Positions 58,101 to 64,000 of a stretch of 64,000 bases of DNA are shown here, piece by piece. A model generated the notes under the pieces. That model did no database searches. It worked only from the letters and a program-made list of their open reading frames with translations, and had not been told where the DNA came from. Source of the DNA: Chrysomallon squamiferum (lineage: Eukaryota > Animalia > Mollusca); contig CM022676.1 in the NCBI GenBank assembly GCA_012295275.1, forward strand, positions 18,786,001 through 18,850,000, written 5' to 3'. Made by a program: the position numbers and the translations under genes. Position 1 is the stretch's first letter. Each line of letters starts with the position of its first letter.

Positions 58101-59751
58101 TGTGATACCAGCTGTGCCATTCAAAATGATTTTATTATCATAAGAAATTTTGGCATAGCACAAATCTTGACAACTGTACACCAGAAGTATCTATGTAACA
58201 ATAAATACAGCTAAAACAGATATTTATATCTCTGAATTTCCATCCCATTTCATAACCAGGACAAACTCAGGCGACAAAACTAATTAATGTTTGTTAAGAC
58301 GTGTTTGGGGGTACACAGATCATAGTTAACCCATGGCCTCCCTCAAGTTTCAGTTTTCATAAAAATGTCACTATTTCATGAACAGTCACTATCTGCACAG
58401 TCTCACTGTTTTCATGAAATGACACTGATTTCATTACATTAACTACTTCCATAATTTCTCTGTCTTCGTGAACTGAGTGTTTTTCATGAAATATCAGATT
58501 TCTTAAACTGTCTCCATTTTCATGAAGTATCACCATTTTCATGAACTAATCATGAATACAGGAATACTTTTAACACACAGCTCACTTTGGAAATACTTGA
58601 CATCGAGTTCTGAAGAACTGACGAAGTGTTTCAATCTGCTGTCATTTTTGATCTTCCAAACCAGTCACAGCTTTGATAATCCACATAATCACTTTGATAA
58701 CACATACAGTCACTTTGATAACACACACAGTCACTTTCATAACACATAGTCACTTTGATAAAATAGTCACTTTCATAATCCATAGAGTCACTTCACTGAT
58801 GAAGTTTTTAAGACCAATTATCAGTGATAAGAAGATAATTGTGTTGTTCATGCAGTCACACTTACACACTTCAAACAGTCACACTTACACATTTCAGTCA
58901 CTTTACTGACACACTTCAGTCACTTCACTGACACACTTCAAACAGTCACTTCACTGACACTTCAAACAGTCACTTCACTGAGGAACACTGAGCAGTCACT
59001 TTTTCCATGATATCTCAGCAAGACAGAAACGCTCGTTCATGACTTCACGAAAAGCTGCATGATTCACTATTCAGGAAGTGTCAGCTCTGTGTGCACTCTT
59101 CTTTTATTCGTGAATTTACTCAGACAGTCACTTCGTTCATGTATTCAGGAACATAGACAATGATCACTTCCTGATTGTCTCCGAGATTATCTGAAACGAA
59201 AGCAAACAAAAACATATGAACTGAAAGTGAAAGTAGACAATCAATTAGAACAGTGATACAAGTCGTACCAGCAACCCCCAACATAACCCGACAATTTTCT
59301 GAGTCCTGACTGCTTTTCAATTGTTTTCCTTAGATCAGTGAACACCTGCTGAACATGGGTGTGAACAGTATTTATTTTATTTATTTATTTTATTTATTTA
59401 TTTATTTTTTTAATTATTATTGCATTACTAAATCTGACAGCCATTACCAATTTGGATTAGTTTTCACAAAAATAAATATTTTTATTGTTAGTACAGCAGC
59501 TTTGTATGTTACTTTTTGAAGACGGTGTTGCCCATTTCCTGTCCTTACAGTGGATGCTGTTGATGATGTCGAAATGACAAGGACCCAAGAGTTCAGTCAA
59601 TTTGACACATCATTTTTAATAATTCAGTAATACAACAACATTCAGTGCATCTTTGTGTTTTATAAAAATACCGCGTTGTAGAAGACTGTTGAGGTTGAAA
59701 AGGTGATGTCTGGTACAAATCGGAGAACTGTTTGGGTTTCAAACTCAATAT

Positions 59752-60070
59752 CTTGTAACATACAAATATACACCTTGTACTTATTGTAACATACAAATAT
59801 ACACCTTGTACTTATTGTAACATACAAATATACACCTTGTACTTATTGTAACATACAAATATACACCTTGTACTTATTGTAACATACAAATATACAGCTT
59901 GTACTTATTGTAACATACAAATATGCACCTTGTACTTGTTATCACATACAAATATACACCTTGTACTTATTCTAACATACAAATATATACCTTGTACTTG
60001 TTATCACATACAAATATACACCTTGTACTTATTCTAACATACAAATATACACCTTGTACTTATTGCGACA
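59752..60070. repeat. 31-bp minisatellite (ttgtaacatacaaatatacaccttgtactta), ~10 copies
   Basis: Period 31 (59761, 59792). Confidence 0.95.
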
Positions 60071-60289
60071 TGCAAAATAAGTTTTATTACATTCATCAAT
60101 GAACGTGACATATTTTATACTATGTTTTAGGAGAAATGATTGCTAGGTCAGTGTCTGGACACTGTGAGTTGTGTTTGCTAGGTCAATGTTTGGACACAGT
60201 GGGTTGTGTTTGCAGTGAGTACTCACTGGTGAGGTGGATGTGAATGAGGATTGTAAAAAACATCATCTGCAGTCTGTCACTGTCTGATG

Positions 60290-60672
60290 AGGTGTTACTA
60301 AGTGTAACAATAGTGCTACAACGTGTACCTAGTGTGTTACTAAAAGTAACTATATTGTTACTAAGGCACCCAGTGTGTTTCGAAGTGTAACTATAGTGTT
60401 ACAAAGTGTTCCTAGTGTCTTACTAAGATAACTATAGTGTTACAAAGTGTGTCTAGTGTTTTACTAAATGTAAGTACAGTGTTACTGAGGCACCTAGGGT
60501 GTTACAAAGTATTCCTGGTGTGTTACTAAGTGTAACAATAGTGTTACAAAGTGTAATGTTGCCAAGTGTAATATAGTGTTACTAAGATATCTGGTGTGTT
60601 ACTAAGTGTAACAATAGTGTTGCCAAGTGTAATATAGTGTTACTAAGAGATCCAGTGTGTTACTAAGTGTAC
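60290..60672. repeat. Degenerate tandem repeat (gtgttactaagtgtaac-like) abutting the minus-strand donor at 60676
   Basis: Recurrent GTGTTAC motif. Confidence 0.75.
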
Positions 60673-60676
60673 TAAC

Positions 60677-63337
60677 CTCCAATTGCTTGTTGTACGAGAC
60701 TCTGCTGAACAGCTTCGTCTGAGAGATCTGCTTCTCCGTGAAGGTAGATAATCTGGGTCGTCTTGCCCTCACTCTCACAATTGGCCACAACAGACTGAGC
60801 TATATTTGTAGCCATGTCCAGGGTCATCACCTGACCTTCACCTTTACAAATAATAATAACAATAACAATAACTGTATTAGTAGTGGTAGTAGTAGTAAAA
60901 TTAGTAATATACTAATAATGAAGATAATGATGATGATGATAATAATAATGATAACAATAACAATAATAATAATAATAATGATAATAATAATGATGATGAT
61001 GATAATAATGATGATGATGATGATGATGATAATAATAATAATTATAATAATGAAATACAAAACAGCTGGCATTAATAATGAATATAAATAAATAAACAGG
61101 ATCCTTTTTGCTATTCAAATTATTACTTAGAAGGTAACTGAATCTTAATACAAATAAATTTAAGTATTTCTCTACTAGGAACAGAATCTCAACATTTTAG
61201 ATAAAGTTACTAACATGTTTATTTGAGTGAGCTGAATTTCTACTTTTTACAAAAAACAAACAAACATGTTTACCTCCAGGGAACTGAATTTCAATATTTC
61301 CTGAACATTCCTGAATCTCCTCTGTTTTGATATTTTGCAGTGAGATGGGTCCAAGATTTGGGGCAGGAGCTGTTATAAAAAAACAAAAAATATATATATA
61401 TATATAAATAACAACAAAGTTAACTTATTCACTGTAGTTACTTATTCTAATTTTGATGTTTTAAACTCTACTGCTCTAGATATGGCCAGGAAAAGTAACT
61501 GTAACAATTACCTTTTCCTCTTTGTTTATCTGCGTTAGATTTTTCTAGTCACATTTTCACTCATTCTAATATTTTTTGAGACACACCTCTTTGAACAGAG
61601 ACAGACATACACACAGACAGACATACACACAGACATACATACGCACAGACATACATACACAGACATACACACATACAGACATACACACATACACACAGAC
61701 ATACATACACAGATATACACACAGAATTGAGAAGAAATAAATACAACAATAAATAAGATATTTCAGTACTTAATTTTCTGTGTAAGTTTTACAAATTAAT
61801 TCTTACTGTTTCACATTTCACTATACGTGTAACTGTACAGTGTTACTATGAGATATTTGTTACATCTTTTACTCTTTCACATTTCATTATACGTGTAACT
61901 GTACAGTGTTACTATGAGATATTTGTTACATCTTTTACTCTTTCACATTTCATTATACGTGTAACTGTACAGTGTTACTATGAGATATTTGTTACATCTT
62001 TTACTCTTTCACATTTCATTATACGTGTAACTGTACAGAGTTACTACGAGATATTTGTTACATCTTTTACTGTTTCACATTTCATTATACGTGTAACTGT
62101 ACAGTGTTACTATGAGATATTTGTTACATCTTTTACTCTTTCACATTTCATTATACGTGTAACTGTACAGTGTTACTATGAGATATTTGTTACATCTTTT
62201 ACTGTTTCACATTTCATTATACGTGTAACTGTACAGTTACTATAGATATTTGTTACATCTTTTACTCTTTCACATTTCATTATACGTGTAACTGTACAGT
62301 GTTACTATGAGATATTTGTTACATCTTTTTACTCTTTCACATTTCATTATACGTGTAACTGTACAGTTATACGAGATATTTGTTACATCTTTTACTGTTT
62401 CACATTTCATTAAAAAACGTGTAAACAAACAGTTTTGAGATATTTGTTACATCTTTTACTCTTTTATTTCATTATACGTGTTGTACAGAGTTACTACGAG
62501 ATATTTGTTACATCTTTTACTGTTTCACATTTCATTATACGTGTAACTGTACAGTGTTACTATGAGATATTTGTTACATCTTTTACTCTTTCACATTTCA
62601 TTATACGTGTAACTGTACAGTGTTACTATGAGATATTTGTTACATCTTTTACTCTTTCACATTTCATTATACGTGTAACTGTACAGAGTTACTACGAGAT
62701 ATTTGTTACATCTTTTACTGTTTCACATTTCATTATACGTGTAACTGTACAGAGTTACTACGAGATATTTGTTACATCTTTTACTGTTTCACATTTCATT
62801 ATACGTGTAACTGTACAGTGTTACTATGAGATATTTGTTACATCTTTTACTGTTTCACATTTCATTATACGTGTAACTGTACAGTGTTACTATGAGATAT
62901 TTGTTACATCTTTTACTGTTTCACATTTCATTATACGTGTAACTGTACAGTGTTACTATGATATTTGTTACATCTTTTACTGTTTCACATTTCATTATAC
63001 GTGTAACTGTACAGTGTTACTATGAGATATTTGTTACATCTTTTACTGTTTCACATTTCATTATATAACTGTACACAGAATCGAGATATTTGTTAAATCT
63101 TTTACTGTAAGATATTTCATTATACGTGTAACTGTACAGTGTTACTATGAGATATTTGTTACATCTTTTACTGTTTCACATTTCATTATACGTGTAACTG
63201 TACAGTGTTACTATGAGATATTTGTTACATCTTTCACTCACCTGCACCTGTAACCTGAATGTCGTCGTAGTTGCTGCTGGCTTCAACCTTGATGTTGCTT
63301 AGCAGCACAGGATCCAGGTTATGCATCGTTGTAGAAC
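60677..63337 (-). CDS. Internal exons of a gene entering from the right end of the window; acidic/low-complexity, possibly a transcription regulator
   Basis: Exon 63337-63242 (AAG| ... |GTGAGT) encodes STTMHNLDPVLLSNIKVEASSNYDDIQVTGA. Exon 60841-60677 (AAG| ... |GTTAGT) encodes GEGQVMTLDMATNIAQSVVANCESEGKTTQIIYLHGEADLSDEAVQQSLVQQAIG. Both are phase 1-1 and open. IKVE is a SUMO consensus. Further candidate exons near 60227-60283 and 59667-59751 are unresolved. Confidence 0.65.
61800..63238. repeat. 66-bp minisatellite, ~21 copies, starting at the minus-strand donor at 63241
   Basis: 22-aa periodicity in ORF 62435..63025 (SHFIIRVTVQCYYEIFVTSFTV). Confidence 0.95.
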
Positions 63338-63771
63338 CTTTAAGAGAACAGTAATAACACTGAAAACGACTACATCAAAACCGGCAACAACAATAAAGGC
63401 TACAAAATAAATTTTAAAACAAAAATATATATATTTTTTTCATTTTTGATCCAGCCAAAGCGCTATGACTAGTAATGTTTCATTTGTCATATACCAAATC
63501 ATTTTAAAGTAAATGGGTGAAATTTTAACAAAACTTATGTATATAGTATAATAAAAGTTACATATATGCCACAATAAATTTAAGTTGTTTACTGCAACAA
63601 AATTAACATTACCTTAAGAAAATTAACACACACACACACACACTATAAAACAAAATATAATTTTTTAATCTATTTTCTTTTTCAACAAAATTTATGTAAT
63701 AACTACAAGAAAATTAACGTAGTTATCATTATAAAATAATTTTCGTTTTTATCATAACTACAACGAAAGTA

Positions 63772-63856
63772 ACGTATTTATCATTAGAAGGAAAACTGAC
63801 GTATTTACCATTAGAAGGAAAACTGACGTATTTATCATTAGAAGGAAAACTGACGA
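63772..63856. repeat. 27-bp tandem repeat x3 (cgtatttatcattagaaggaaaactga)
   Basis: Directly visible. Confidence 0.9.
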
Positions 63857-64000
63857 TTATTATTATTCTAACTAAACTAACGTACTGTTTCAACAAGGAC
63901 TTTTAACAACGTGTTTATAACAACACAGTTAGTGAATTCACCGTAACGAAATTAAGCTATTGACAGTAACACGGGTGCTGTGATTACCGTTGTTTGCTGG

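Noticed and set aside
62435-63025. 196-aa repetitive ORF
   Set aside because: It is a stop-free frame of the 66-bp intronic minisatellite, and neighbouring units are frameshifted.

Overview
This is AT-rich, microsatellite- and minisatellite-dense eukaryotic genomic DNA with GT-AG introns, probably from an invertebrate such as a mollusc (inference, not established). Most ORFs in the track are simple-repeat artefacts. Manual splicing recovers five coding loci. (1) A minus-strand locus at ~2.1-9.1 kb has an integrase-type H2C2 zinc-binding domain split by an intron, plus an upstream low-complexity exon preceded by two consensus NF-kB sites. (2) Two tandem 3-exon paralogs (10.6-12.8 kb and 17.3-20.5 kb) encode small secreted proteins with an NlpC/P60-like motif order but no catalytic Cys/His. 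They flank a spacer rich in CRE/ATF sites with a heat-shock-element array. (3) A 24-exon SEL1L3-like gene (21.5-40.3 kb) carries a Tigger transposon remnant in intron 1. (4) An Ig + FN3 + TM receptor with an ITIM-like motif lies at 42.6-55 kb. (5) Internal exons of a minus-strand gene enter from the right end. Several minisatellite arrays start or end exactly at splice sites or at a stop codon. Two spots look like assembly artefacts. All family assignments come from motif recognition by eye; no database searches were run.
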